Shown here in pieces: positions 47,216 to 57,745 of a stretch of 64,000 bases of DNA (the stretch's first letter is position 1; the number at the start of each line of letters is the position of its first letter). Below the pieces are notes generated by a model. The model did no database searches. It was not told the DNA's origin and saw nothing but the letters and a program-made list of their open reading frames with translations. This DNA is from Prevotellaceae bacterium UBA3849 (GTDB taxonomy: Bacteria; Bacteroidota; Bacteroidia; Bacteroidales; Bacteroidaceae). The stretch covers positions 17,906-81,905 of the forward strand of contig DGHL01000040.1 of the NCBI GenBank assembly GCA_002392645.1, in the 5' to 3' direction. A program made the translations under genes and the position numbers.

Positions 47216-50095
47216 ATGAAAAAACTCATTTTGTATGCATCTCTTGTTTGCATTGGAATGGCATCTTGCTCAAAAGACTATGTAGTCGATGAGGAGAACC
47301 TGCCATCATGGCTTGGTGAGAGCATTTACGGAGAGTTGAAGAGTCCGAAGACGCTTTCAGGTTCGTTTAATACGTATCTGAGGCTTATTGACGACATGGG
47401 GTATGGTGAAGTCCTTGGTCATACCGGTAGTAAGACCATCTTCCCTGCGAACGATGCGGCGTTTGAAGCCTATTTCAAAGATGGCAACAACCGCTATGGA
47501 GCAAGGAGCTATGAAGACCTTACCTACAGTCAGAAGGCTCAGCTGCTCTATTCGTCAATGATTGACAATGCCATTCTTATTGGTAACATCTCTTCTGAGC
47601 AGAACTCAAGTGGTGAACTGTTGCAGGGTAAGGCTGTGAAGCACTCTACCAACCTGCAGCTGACTAATACCATTGAACCACTGTATTCTCAGAATTTCCC
47701 TAAGAACAATGCTTCGTTCACACGTTTCATTGACAAGGGAGCTATCCTGACCGTCAACGATAACAGCGTGGCACCGATGGTACACTTCACCGGTGAGTAT
47801 ATGCTTAATAATGGCATGACGGTCGTAGGAGACAATAACGACTTCTCTGTACTTACTGGAAATGAGTACACTGACGGAGATGCTTACATCTTCAATCATA
47901 AGGTGATAACAAGCAATGTAACCTGTCAGAATGGTTACATACACCAGCTTGACGGCGTTCTTGAGCCACCGGGCAATATGGCACAGGTGCTGAGAGAGGG
48001 TACGGAGTCAGGTTCTGGTACCAGTCTTTTCTCACGCATGTTGGATTATTATTGCGCACCATTCAATGATGTTACCACAAAGAACAACTATAATGCGTGG
48101 GCTATTGAGAATGGTGAGGCAACAATCGAGAATGTATATGCCATACGTTACTATAGCCAGATGTCAAATGGTGCAAAGAAATTGGATCGCTATACTGACG
48201 AGGATGGCAAGATAAGCGACGTGCATACAGAGTCACAGTTGCTTAACTTCGATCCAGGATGGAACCAGTATAAGCCAAATGCTACAAGTTCGGCTAATGC
48301 AGAGATTGCTGCAGTCCTTGCACCAACAGACGATGCCCTGTGGGATTATTTCAAGGAGAACGGTGGCGGTGGTGCATACATCATCAAGAACCTCGGTAAC
48401 CCAGAGTTGGAGAATACGCGCGAGAACCTCGGTGAGCATTTCGACGCTATTTATAACAGCGACCCTTCTGTGTTTACCAACATGCTGAACAACCTGCTGA
48501 AGTCTAACTTCTCAAAGACCGTTCCAAGCAAGTTCTCTACGGTGCAGAACGATGCATTCGAGTTCATGGGCGTGAAACTCGACGACGTTCACATGAAGGA
48601 TGACGGCAAGTATGATGTCAAGATTGCCAACAACGGCGTTATATACAAGATGGACAAGTTCTTTGCTCCACAGCTCTATAACTCAGTACTCGGTCCGGCT
48701 TCCGTATATCAGAACATGCGCAGCATGGGACAGATGCTCAATGACCATGCCGTTACTGCCGGTGAGGTGCCTGCACTTGGCGTGAACATGTACTACTACC
48801 TCATGTCTATGAAGTCAAAGTATGCAGTGTTCGTACCAGAAGATAACAGTACATTCGTGTATATCGACCCAACGTCAATATATGACGCCGACAACTATGG
48901 CACAAAGGCGCTGCGCTTCCGTTTCAACACCGCAGCAACTGATTCAAAGTTCAATGTAATGGTGCAGAAGGGCCTGTTCGAGAACGGCGTGTTCACCGAA
49001 CTTGGAGAATACACTGAGGAGAATATCGAGAAAGGTACATACTCTACCCAGATACAGGACATGCTGAACTATCATGTAGTAGTGCTCAACAGCAACGAGG
49101 ACGGACTCAGCGGAAATCACTACTACAAGACGAAGCATGGTGGTGCAATCTACGTTCCAGACGGTTTCGCACGTAATGGAAAGACAGTTCAGGGTGGTGC
49201 CCAGATTGAAGGCAAGGCTCCTGCTGCCAAGGTGCTTACACAGTATAGTAGGACTGGACGCACCGATGCAGATCCAGAGGCAAATATCGAGAATGGTACT
49301 TGCTACCTCATCAGCACTCCTATACAGCCTACTACTACAAGTACATATAAGGTACTCTCATCTAAGTTTGAGAAGTTCTATGACTTCATGAGCGGTTTTG
49401 AAGGAAATACCGATATCCTGAAGTTTGCAGGACTCAGTGATGAGGAAAACGAGAAGACTCACAAGTCAGAGCAGACAAACTATATGATGTTTGCTGCTAC
49501 AAACTTAAATCCTATACGTGAAGACCTGTACGATGCACGTATGCGCATGCTCGGTGCATATAACTATACGGTATATGCTCCTACAGACGATGCAATGGAC
49601 AAGGCTTATGCAGCTGGTCTGCCTACATGGGATGAGCTGGAGGCGTTGTTCAATCAGTGGGATAATCAGGAAACAACGAATCCTTCTGGCTATGCTGCTG
49701 CATCTGCAGAGGCACGTAAGAAGATTGACGTAATGCGTCAGTTCGTGTTCTACCACATTCAGAACAACTCTGTCTTTGCTGACAACACTGTTGCCAGCGG
49801 TTCTTACCAGACATTCTGCACTGATGACCTCGGCATTGCACAGACACTGGGTGTCAGCGGTGGTAACGGCACGCTGAACGTGCGCGACAGGGCTGGTAAT
49901 ACGGTTAGCGTGACGTATGGAAGCGCTAATGCCAATATCTTGGCACGCGACATCGTCAGGACATCTACGGGTGCTATCGACTATTCTTCATTCGTTACCA
50001 TACATGGTATCGACACACCTCTCTGCTTCAGCACGACCGGTAGGTATGACAGCAAATGGAATAATGCCGGTTCTGCGAAAAAAGCAGTGCGCTAA
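47216..50095 (+). CDS. Fasciclin-domain surface lipoprotein (PUL surface glycan-binding-like)
   Basis: Lipobox MASC; repeated T.FP.ND.A / T.YAPTDDA and NG.IH.LD / NGVIY motifs of FAS1. Confidence 0.8.
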   Translation: MKKLILYASLVCIGMASCSKDYVVDEENLPSWLGESIYGELKSPKTLSGSFNTYLRLIDDMGYGEVLGHTGSKTIFPANDAAFEAYFKDGNNRYGARSYEDLTYSQKAQLLYSSMIDNAILIGNISSEQNSSGELLQGKAVKHSTNLQLTNTIEPLYSQNFPKNNASFTRFIDKGAILTVNDNSVAPMVHFTGEYMLNNGMTVVGDNNDFSVLTGNEYTDGDAYIFNHKVITSNVTCQNGYIHQLDGVLEPPGNMAQVLREGTESGSGTSLFSRMLDYYCAPFNDVTTKNNYNAWAIENGEATIENVYAIRYYSQMSNGAKKLDRYTDEDGKISDVHTESQLLNFDPGWNQYKPNATSSANAEIAAVLAPTDDALWDYFKENGGGGAYIIKNLGNPELENTRENLGEHFDAIYNSDPSVFTNMLNNLLKSNFSKTVPSKFSTVQNDAFEFMGVKLDDVHMKDDGKYDVKIANNGVIYKMDKFFAPQLYNSVLGPASVYQNMRSMGQMLNDHAVTAGEVPALGVNMYYYLMSMKSKYAVFVPEDNSTFVYIDPTSIYDADNYGTKALRFRFNTAATDSKFNVMVQKGLFENGVFTELGEYTEENIEKGTYSTQIQDMLNYHVVVLNSNEDGLSGNHYYKTKHGGAIYVPDGFARNGKTVQGGAQIEGKAPAAKVLTQYSRTGRTDADPEANIENGTCYLISTPIQPTTTSTYKVLSSKFEKFYDFMSGFEGNTDILKFAGLSDEENEKTHKSEQTNYMMFAATNLNPIREDLYDARMRMLGAYNYTVYAPTDDAMDKAYAAGLPTWDELEALFNQWDNQETTNPSGYAAASAEARKKIDVMRQFVFYHIQNNSVFADNTVASGSYQTFCTDDLGIAQTLGVSGGNGTLNVRDRAGNTVSVTYGSANANILARDIVRTSTGAIDYSSFVTIHGIDTPLCFSTTGRYDSKWNNAGSAKKAVR

Positions 50096-50128
50096 CACTA
50101 TTTAATTTAAGTTTAATACAAAGAAGTC

Positions 50129-53100
50129 ATGAATATTATGTCAAAACAAAAGGTTCTACTGACATTCATACTCTTCGTCATAACACAGATGGTGATGGCG
50201 CAGGGAGTCGTCATATCAGGAACTGTTGAAGACGCAATGGGACCGGTCATGTTCGCAAACGTCACGGAGCGTGATGCTAATGACCGTATCATTAACGCTA
50301 CGCAGACAGATATGATGGGTAACTTCTCCATGGAAGTTAAGAATACAAAGAATATGCTCGTCGTGTCTTACGTAGGTAGCAAGACGTGGAAAAAGAAAAT
50401 AGGAAACGAAACGACTTTCGCTATAAAACTTGAGGATGAAAAGACAACACTTAATGAGGTGACCGTGCGTGGTCGCCGTGCTAATGCTGGTGGCTTGAAC
50501 ATCCAAAAGAAAGAGATTTCGGTGTCACAGCAGACTTTCAACCTCTCTGAGGTGGAAGGTATGGCGTTCACCTCTGCCGACGAGGCTCTGCAGGGTGAGA
50601 TTGCCGGTCTGGATATCGTAAGTAACTCCGGTAACCTCGGTTCCGGAACTACAATGCGTCTGCGTGGTGTTTCATCATTGTCTGGTAACTCTAACCCTCT
50701 CATCGTAGTTGATGATAAGATATTTGACTATAATGAGGGTGACATTGACTTCGAGAATGCTGATACCGAAGCTTTCTCTTCTCTGCTTGCTGTCAATGTG
50801 GATGATATTGAAAAAATTAACGTGCTCAAAGATGCTGCCGCTACGGCTATCTGGGGTTCACGTGGTGCCAACGGTGTCATAGAAATTACTACAAAGCGTG
50901 GTAAGCGTGGTAAGCCAAGGGTAAACCTCTCATATAAGTTCACAGGTACATGGATGCCTGCTGGATACCAGTTGCTTAACGGTGACCAGTACACCATGAT
51001 GCTTAAGGAAGAGTTCTATAACCCAACACAGAGTGCTGACGCTACCAAGAACATTGCCGAGATTAACTACGACAAGACTTGGCCGGAGTATAACTACTGG
51101 AACCGTAACACTGACTGGGTGGACGAGGTGAAGCAGTTCGGTGAGCAGCATGAGGCAAATGTCAACATTACCGGTGGTGGACAGAAGGCTACCTTCCGTA
51201 TCTCTGCTGGCTACAACCATCAGACTGGTACTATCATCAAGCAGCGTCTTGATCGTCTGACCACTCGTCTCGTACTCGACTATAATGTGTCAGACCGTAT
51301 CAAGTTCTCTACGAACTTCGCCTTGACATATACAGACAACCTGAAGAACTATACACTTGGTTCAAGCAAGAACGGTAACTCTAACAACAATATTCTCGCT
51401 ATGGCGCTCGCTATGGCTCCGAATATGTCTATCTACCGTAACAATGGTGAGTACTACCTGATGAATCCTGCCGGAAATGATGCAAAAGGACAGACACCTT
51501 ACACAGGTAACTACAGTTCTGAGAAAATGGGTTCAGTGTATAAGATTGGTAACCCTGTTGCCTATGCTAACTCTTCATGGCAGAAGGAGCAGACTTACAG
51601 CATCGTACCTGACTTCAACCTGAAGTATGAACTTCTCGGTATAGAGAGCAACCAGAGTCGTCTGACATTCGACGGTCGTGTATATTTCGACATCTATGCA
51701 TACTCACTGCCTACATATATGCCGGGTAGCCTGTCAAACGGAGACTACGATGCAGCGACATATAACTATGCAACCAACACTGAGAAGAACAACTTCAAGC
51801 TCGGTGCACGTGCACAGCTCGTCTTTACACCTTATTTCAAGAATGAGGACTTCAGTCTCACAATGCTTGGTCGTTATGAGTGTAACACAGGACGCTATTC
51901 TTATCAGTATGCTGCAAAGAGCCAGTTGCCAAATGGCTTGGAGACTATTGAGGCTCAGGCTAACAACCGTGATATGAGCAACTCTCTCTCAACAGTGAAG
52001 ACTGCATCTCAGAACTGGGTTTACAATGCACACTTCTCTTACAAGGAGCGTTACAACATCAGCTTCTCACTGCGTGGTGACTGTAGCTCTGGATTCGGTC
52101 CTGATAATCCTTGGTTCTATTCTCCTTCTGTTTCTGTACGTTATAACCTCAGTGACGAGAAGTTCTTCGAACCATTGCGTAAGGTCGTATCTATGTTCGG
52201 TATCCGTGGTTCATGGGGTATTTCTGGTAGTACAAGTGCAGGAGCTGCACAGTTCTACAACACCTATAAGCCATCTGCAGGTACGTATGGTACAGATGCA
52301 TACACTACTCTTGACGGTCTGAAGCTCACGACTCTCAAGCCACAGAAGCGTCAGGGTCTTAACCTCGGTTTCAACCTCGGTTTCCTGAATGATATAATCG
52401 AGATGGACCTTAATATATATAAGGAGAAGACTTCTGACCTTATAGTAAAGAATGCTCCAATACCTTCTACTACTGGTTACACAGTGGTAAGTTTTGCCAA
52501 CATCGGTAAGATTGAGAATAAGGGTTGGGAGCTTTCTATCAATGCAAATAAATTCCTGAAGGTAAAGAAATTCACTCTCTCTGCTTCTTTGAATATGGCA
52601 CAGAATGCCAACGAACTGCTTGAGATGAACAAGGACGTGCTCGCAGGATATAATACGAAGTTTGAGGATGTTTATACAAAGCGTGGCAATGCAGCACGTA
52701 TGAACAAGGTAGAGATAGGTGCTCCTCTGTGTTCTATCTATGGCTACCAGTCAAAGGGCGTATTCCAGTATTCTTATGAATACCTGACCAACTATAATAC
52801 AAAGATGAGACAGCAGAATGCCAACTGGACATCTGTTGACTTTGAGAATTGGATAAACGAGCAGTTGGCTGCCGGCAAGACATTCCCTGTCGCTACCGAT
52901 GCTAACGGTCATGTCATAATGACTAATAACGGAGAGCCACAGCATCTTGTTTACAGATATTACAATGGTACATCAGAGTACCAGTTCCAGGGTGGTGACG
53001 CTCATTATGAGGATATCAACCATGATGGTCAGATTAATGAGCTTGATATCGTTTACCTTGGTAACTCACTGCCAAAGCTTCAGGGTGGTTTCTCACTCAC

Positions 53101-53560
53101 TGCACAGTATGGCAACTGGAAGTTGATAGCACGTTTCACATATCGTTGGGGTAACAAGATCCTCAATGCTGCCCGTATGGGACTTGAGAGCATGTACGGT
53201 ACCGACAACCAGTGTGCTTCCGTGAACTACCGCTGGCGTAAGGATGGTGACGTGACAGAGCTGCCACGTGCGTTGTATAACGCTGGATATAACTATGAGG
53301 TCAGCTCACGTTTCGTAGAGGACGGAGCATTCCTCCGCTTCCAGAACCTGCAGGTTTCTTACAGCTTCCCTAAGAAGATGGTAAGGAAGTGGGGACTTAA
53401 TTCTCTCTCAGCTTATGTCACTATGAACAATCTCTTCTGTTGGACAAAATATACAGGTATTGACCCAGAGATTGCGGCTTCTACGTATGCACCAGCTATT
53501 GATACCTCTAATACGCCAAGAGCTAAGTCAGTAACCGCAAGTCTTAGCTTCGGATTCTGA
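50129..53560 (+). CDS. susC: SusC/RagA TonB-dependent transporter
   Basis: N-terminal carboxypeptidase-regulatory-like domain, plug motif KDAAATAIWGSRGANGVIEITTKRG, G..EN.G.E, and C-terminal Phe. Confidence 0.95.
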   Translation: MNIMSKQKVLLTFILFVITQMVMAQGVVISGTVEDAMGPVMFANVTERDANDRIINATQTDMMGNFSMEVKNTKNMLVVSYVGSKTWKKKIGNETTFAIKLEDEKTTLNEVTVRGRRANAGGLNIQKKEISVSQQTFNLSEVEGMAFTSADEALQGEIAGLDIVSNSGNLGSGTTMRLRGVSSLSGNSNPLIVVDDKIFDYNEGDIDFENADTEAFSSLLAVNVDDIEKINVLKDAAATAIWGSRGANGVIEITTKRGKRGKPRVNLSYKFTGTWMPAGYQLLNGDQYTMMLKEEFYNPTQSADATKNIAEINYDKTWPEYNYWNRNTDWVDEVKQFGEQHEANVNITGGGQKATFRISAGYNHQTGTIIKQRLDRLTTRLVLDYNVSDRIKFSTNFALTYTDNLKNYTLGSSKNGNSNNNILAMALAMAPNMSIYRNNGEYYLMNPAGNDAKGQTPYTGNYSSEKMGSVYKIGNPVAYANSSWQKEQTYSIVPDFNLKYELLGIESNQSRLTFDGRVYFDIYAYSLPTYMPGSLSNGDYDAATYNYATNTEKNNFKLGARAQLVFTPYFKNEDFSLTMLGRYECNTGRYSYQYAAKSQLPNGLETIEAQANNRDMSNSLSTVKTASQNWVYNAHFSYKERYNISFSLRGDCSSGFGPDNPWFYSPSVSVRYNLSDEKFFEPLRKVVSMFGIRGSWGISGSTSAGAAQFYNTYKPSAGTYGTDAYTTLDGLKLTTLKPQKRQGLNLGFNLGFLNDIIEMDLNIYKEKTSDLIVKNAPIPSTTGYTVVSFANIGKIENKGWELSINANKFLKVKKFTLSASLNMAQNANELLEMNKDVLAGYNTKFEDVYTKRGNAARMNKVEIGAPLCSIYGYQSKGVFQYSYEYLTNYNTKMRQQNANWTSVDFENWINEQLAAGKTFPVATDANGHVIMTNNGEPQHLVYRYYNGTSEYQFQGGDAHYEDINHDGQINELDIVYLGNSLPKLQGGFSLTAQYGNWKLIARFTYRWGNKILNAARMGLESMYGTDNQCASVNYRWRKDGDVTELPRALYNAGYNYEVSSRFVEDGAFLRFQNLQVSYSFPKKMVRKWGLNSLSAYVTMNNLFCWTKYTGIDPEIAASTYAPAIDTSNTPRAKSVTASLSFGF

Positions 53561-53608
53561 TAATGTGACACTAAAATACAACATATAATTGTAAAGAGAA
53601 AACATAAT

Positions 53609-55447
53609 ATGAAAAAAATATTATCAATAATAGCAGTCTGTCTCGGTATGGTGTCATGTGTGGATACTGTGATACTTCCTGATGATAAGATTGTGGACGA
53701 AGATTACTGGCAGACAAAATCAGATGTGTCAGGCGTCGTGGCTGCTGCATATAGCCAGTTGAAGTCGGAGGATCTGCAGCGTAATCTCATCGTATGGGGC
53801 GATTTCCGCTCTGATGAGCTGCAGCTTTCAAACTCAGTTTCGCTGACAAATACCACGGCGTATGTACAGGACCTTAATCAGGTATATTCGTTGAACATAC
53901 TTCCAAGCAACGCATTTACCAATTGGAATAACCTATATTCTGCCATCAACTATTGCAATCTCGTGATAGCCAAGGCAGAGGGAGTGGTTTCAATCGACCC
54001 TAATTATACATTAGGTGACTATAAGGCAGACATAGCAAAGGTTAAGGCCCTGCGCGCACTCTGTTATTTCTATCTGGTAAGAGTGTTCCGCGACGTACCA
54101 GTAAGCACAGAGGCTTATATGAATGACGGTCAGGAGCGTGAGATTGAGCAGAAAGCTCCTGCAGAGGTTCTTGAGATGTGTATCAGTGACCTTAAGGAGG
54201 TAGAGCCTGATGCACTGCTTTCTAACACCTATGGTGACTGGAGAGATAAGGGCTACATGACAAAGGATGCTATTCATGCCTTGTTGGCTGATATATATCT
54301 GTGGCGTGCTTCTGTAAATCAGATGGACAATCCTGCACAGGCAAAAGCTGACTACGAGGAGTGCGTGGCTTATTGCGACAAAATCATAGCTGCAAAGAAA
54401 AATGCTCACGTAATGTTGCGTGGCGAGCAGGAGAAAGACTACTATCTTGCTAACAGTGACGACTATTATGATGATGTGTTTGGTTCATCAACTGGTGTTA
54501 ATAGTAACGGTCGTACTATATTTGGTATGAATTCAGAAGAAAGTATATTTGAGATACAGTATCGCTATTATTCTTCTGTTAGTAACATACTTACCATGCA
54601 AGTTAACCCTGGCGTCTTGAAGATGTACTATAAGTTCAATGCTAATAACAATGGTGCTACCTCTTATTTCATGACGACAAGCAACTATGGCGTGTATAGT
54701 AGTAGTACCAGTGGTACGAATTTATTCAAGAATACTGATGACGTACGCCAGAATGAGTTTATCTTCGCAGCAAACAGCGGTCAGGAACAATACGCCGTAC
54801 GTAAGTTCATTGCCACTTCGTCTTGCAATAAGAAGGCTGAGACATCTGGACCGGATGTGAACAATGTACGTCCTAACTGGATATTGTATCGTCTTACTGA
54901 CATTATGCTGATGAAGGCAGAGGCATTGGTACAGCTCAACGAGTTGGCTAATCAGGATGCCGGTGACGGTGCAGAGGGAGACGAAGGCAATGAGGGTGAT
55001 GGTTCAGAGTCTGTAGATTATCTCCAGCAGGCATTCAACCTCGTTTATGCCGTTAATGTTCGTTCATTGCCAGATGGCTCTACGAATGTATTGAAATTTA
55101 ACGTATATAAGGACAGGATGGAGTCATTGGTACTTCAGGAGCGTGCCCGTGAGCTTTGCTTCGAGGGCAAGCGCTGGTTTGACCTTATGCGTTATAACTA
55201 TCGCCATGTATCAGGTGTACAATATGACAAGACTTTCGATCAGCAGGGAGGTAACTATGTAGCTAATTACAGTGAGATGCTTACGCTTGCCATGACGGCT
55301 AAGTATTCTTCTGTTGCGGCAATGGCAAGTAAGATGCCTACGGAGCCTTATCTCTATTGGCCTATTAATACAGGACAGATGGATGTGAACACAAAGTTGA
55401 AGCAGAACCCAGTATGGAAGGCTTCCGCATCATCTTCACGTAATTAA
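53609..55447 (+). CDS. susD: SusD/RagB lipoprotein
   Basis: Lipobox MVSC; Y.AIN.CN, LRALCYFYLVR.F.DVP, YRL.DI.LM.AEA, ERARELCFEGKRWFDL.R and QNP motifs. Confidence 0.95.
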   Translation: MKKILSIIAVCLGMVSCVDTVILPDDKIVDEDYWQTKSDVSGVVAAAYSQLKSEDLQRNLIVWGDFRSDELQLSNSVSLTNTTAYVQDLNQVYSLNILPSNAFTNWNNLYSAINYCNLVIAKAEGVVSIDPNYTLGDYKADIAKVKALRALCYFYLVRVFRDVPVSTEAYMNDGQEREIEQKAPAEVLEMCISDLKEVEPDALLSNTYGDWRDKGYMTKDAIHALLADIYLWRASVNQMDNPAQAKADYEECVAYCDKIIAAKKNAHVMLRGEQEKDYYLANSDDYYDDVFGSSTGVNSNGRTIFGMNSEESIFEIQYRYYSSVSNILTMQVNPGVLKMYYKFNANNNGATSYFMTTSNYGVYSSSTSGTNLFKNTDDVRQNEFIFAANSGQEQYAVRKFIATSSCNKKAETSGPDVNNVRPNWILYRLTDIMLMKAEALVQLNELANQDAGDGAEGDEGNEGDGSESVDYLQQAFNLVYAVNVRSLPDGSTNVLKFNVYKDRMESLVLQERARELCFEGKRWFDLMRYNYRHVSGVQYDKTFDQQGGNYVANYSEMLTLAMTAKYSSVAAMASKMPTEPYLYWPINTGQMDVNTKLKQNPVWKASASSSRN

Positions 55448-55482
55448 TAGATAATGTTTTTATTCTATTTAAACTTAAAATA

Positions 55483-57678
55483 GTGAATATTATGAAGATT
55501 AACATAAAAAGCAAAACTCTCTCTCTGTTTGCAGTAGCCATGCTTGGTACTCCTATGGTGGTGTCATGTGTGGATGAGCCTGATGCGTCGAATCTTTACA
55601 CTGCACTGGATCTTACTATAGAGCAGACTTTGGAGAATGATGAGGATTTGTCTGCCTTCAATGCTATATTGAAGAAGACAATCTATGCAAATACCTTGTC
55701 AACATGGGGCAAATATTCTTGTTTTGCTCCTGTAAACGAGGGCGTGTCTCTGTATCTGGATTCTTTGTATAACGATAAGTCATGTGACGGAATAGTGAAG
55801 CCTTTGCACAACGGCATCAAGGAAGTTCCAAACTTTGAGAGTCTGGATGTGATGGAAAAGGTAGAGCTTATGCCAAAGGAACTTTGCGTGGATTTGGCTA
55901 AATATCACCTTTCAGGCGATGAGTGCTCCATGGCAGATGTTTCTGGTCAGACAACGTGGAACACCATGTTGCTCGGACGATATGTAAACGTACATATTGA
56001 TAATGGTAAGACATGGCTCGGTCCAGATTCCTACATCATTGAGGGTGACGTGTCTTGTTCAAATGGTCTGATACAGAAGCTGTCAGGTATGATTCGCCGT
56101 GAGGATCGTCTTATAGCTGAACAGCTGGCTACTGATGAGAACTTCAGCATCTTCTCAGAGGCACTGAAAGCAACAGGAATAGATCAGGAACTCACGGTAG
56201 AGAAGAAGGATACTGTTTTCTCTCTTGCTGAAAGTAAACCAACAGATCGTGATGGTAATGCATTGTATTGCCCTACCGAGTGTAAGGTGGCATTCACCAT
56301 CTTCGCTGAGAGCGACGACGTGTTTGCGCAGGCAGGAATTACAGACTTCCAGAGCTTGGTAGAGAAGTGTAAGGAATGGTATGGAGGTTCTGCCGCTTGG
56401 TATAACTATCTCAACGAGAAGAATATCCAGGTTTCTACTGGCGATGACTATACTAATGAGTGGAACGTACTCCACATGTTCGTAGCTTATCACATACTTC
56501 GCGCAGGCATGCCTGTTGACCAGATTGTATATGAGAAGACAAACAGCAATCAGTCTGTGTGGAATGTATCATTTGGATATGAGCCTCAGGAGTATTTTGA
56601 GACGATGTTGCCTAACACTCTCTTGAAGGTATGGGCAACCAATCCTAACTCGCAAGGCAAGGAGCCAAAGCTGTGGATTAACCGCTACCGTCAGAACAAT
56701 ACTCTGACAGATGAGTACGGAACGCTGGGTTCTGATGCTACTCACCCGATTATCTTCCCAGGTGTACAGATTGATCGTACATACAACAAGGGTACCCTTA
56801 ATGGATATATCCATAAGATCAACGGAATCTTGAAGTATGATCAGCAGACTGTCGCTTCATTCTATGAGCGTATCCGTCTTGACTCTTCTACATTCTTGTA
56901 TGAGTTGATAAACAACGGTATCAGAAATGCAACAGCATCACAGGTTTCAAATATGAACGGTGGCGGTGATGGAAACCGTGTAGCATTCGATGTTAACTAT
57001 TTTGATAATATTGTATGCTACAATCCTAATACAGTGCTTCGCTTTAATGTGCTTGGTGCATGGCGTGCGCATAACTCAGACCAGTTCCAGGGTTGGGATA
57101 CATACGACATAGCATTCAAGTTGCCTCATGTGCCAACAGGTGAATATGAGCTCCGCATTATCTATCCTCCTATGATTAGAGGTGGTATGATGCAGTTCTA
57201 CCTTGGTGAGTCAAGTGACCAGGCAGAGATGGTGGCACAAGGTACACCATTTGATGCACAGCTGAATCCGTATGAGAATGCTTCTTTCGGTTTCATTGAT
57301 GTGGACCCAGACAATGAGGAGTTTGGTATAGAGAGCGATCAGGTGATGCACGTACGTGGTTATATGCGTGCACCTGCCTCATTCTCTCGTGCAACGTATA
57401 ATACGAATACAAACAAGCTGACGGTGACAGCAGATGATCCTTATGCAGCTTGTAGGCAGATGACAGGTGGCACAAGCTGTCGCACAGAATCAGGCTATGG
57501 CACGATGATGCTGCGCCGTGTAGTATGTACACAGCAGTTCAAGCAGGGTACTGACTACTGGTTGCGAATAAAGAACCTCATCACGAATGCAGCAAACCTT
57601 GGATGGTCGTTCGATTTCGTAGAACTCGTACCTACAGGTATCGTAAACAGTCAGACAATGATGGAGGACTGGTACTAA
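55483..57678 (+). CDS. Fasciclin-domain lipoprotein (start may be ATG 55492)
   Basis: Lipobox VVSC; SCFAPVNE, FTIFAESD and NGYIHKI motifs. Confidence 0.78.
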   Translation: MNIMKINIKSKTLSLFAVAMLGTPMVVSCVDEPDASNLYTALDLTIEQTLENDEDLSAFNAILKKTIYANTLSTWGKYSCFAPVNEGVSLYLDSLYNDKSCDGIVKPLHNGIKEVPNFESLDVMEKVELMPKELCVDLAKYHLSGDECSMADVSGQTTWNTMLLGRYVNVHIDNGKTWLGPDSYIIEGDVSCSNGLIQKLSGMIRREDRLIAEQLATDENFSIFSEALKATGIDQELTVEKKDTVFSLAESKPTDRDGNALYCPTECKVAFTIFAESDDVFAQAGITDFQSLVEKCKEWYGGSAAWYNYLNEKNIQVSTGDDYTNEWNVLHMFVAYHILRAGMPVDQIVYEKTNSNQSVWNVSFGYEPQEYFETMLPNTLLKVWATNPNSQGKEPKLWINRYRQNNTLTDEYGTLGSDATHPIIFPGVQIDRTYNKGTLNGYIHKINGILKYDQQTVASFYERIRLDSSTFLYELINNGIRNATASQVSNMNGGGDGNRVAFDVNYFDNIVCYNPNTVLRFNVLGAWRAHNSDQFQGWDTYDIAFKLPHVPTGEYELRIIYPPMIRGGMMQFYLGESSDQAEMVAQGTPFDAQLNPYENASFGFIDVDPDNEEFGIESDQVMHVRGYMRAPASFSRATYNTNTNKLTVTADDPYAACRQMTGGTSCRTESGYGTMMLRRVVCTQQFKQGTDYWLRIKNLITNAANLGWSFDFVELVPTGIVNSQTMMEDWY

Positions 57679-57745
57679 TTAGTTAAACATATAAGTTGAA
57701 TAATTAGTAGTTCAAGTATATTAACCGTTTAAGAGAACGATTCTT

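Noticed and set aside
53009-53047. DINHDGQINELD in SusC1 (and DQNGDGYIDEQD in SusC2, about 62443) as dockerins
   Set aside because: These are single, unduplicated DxNxDG loops at a position common to SusC proteins, not two-helix dockerins.
54950-55015. GDGAEGDEGNEGDG low-complexity segment in SusD1
   Set aside because: It is an in-frame acidic loop with degenerate 9-nt units, with no sign of phase variation.
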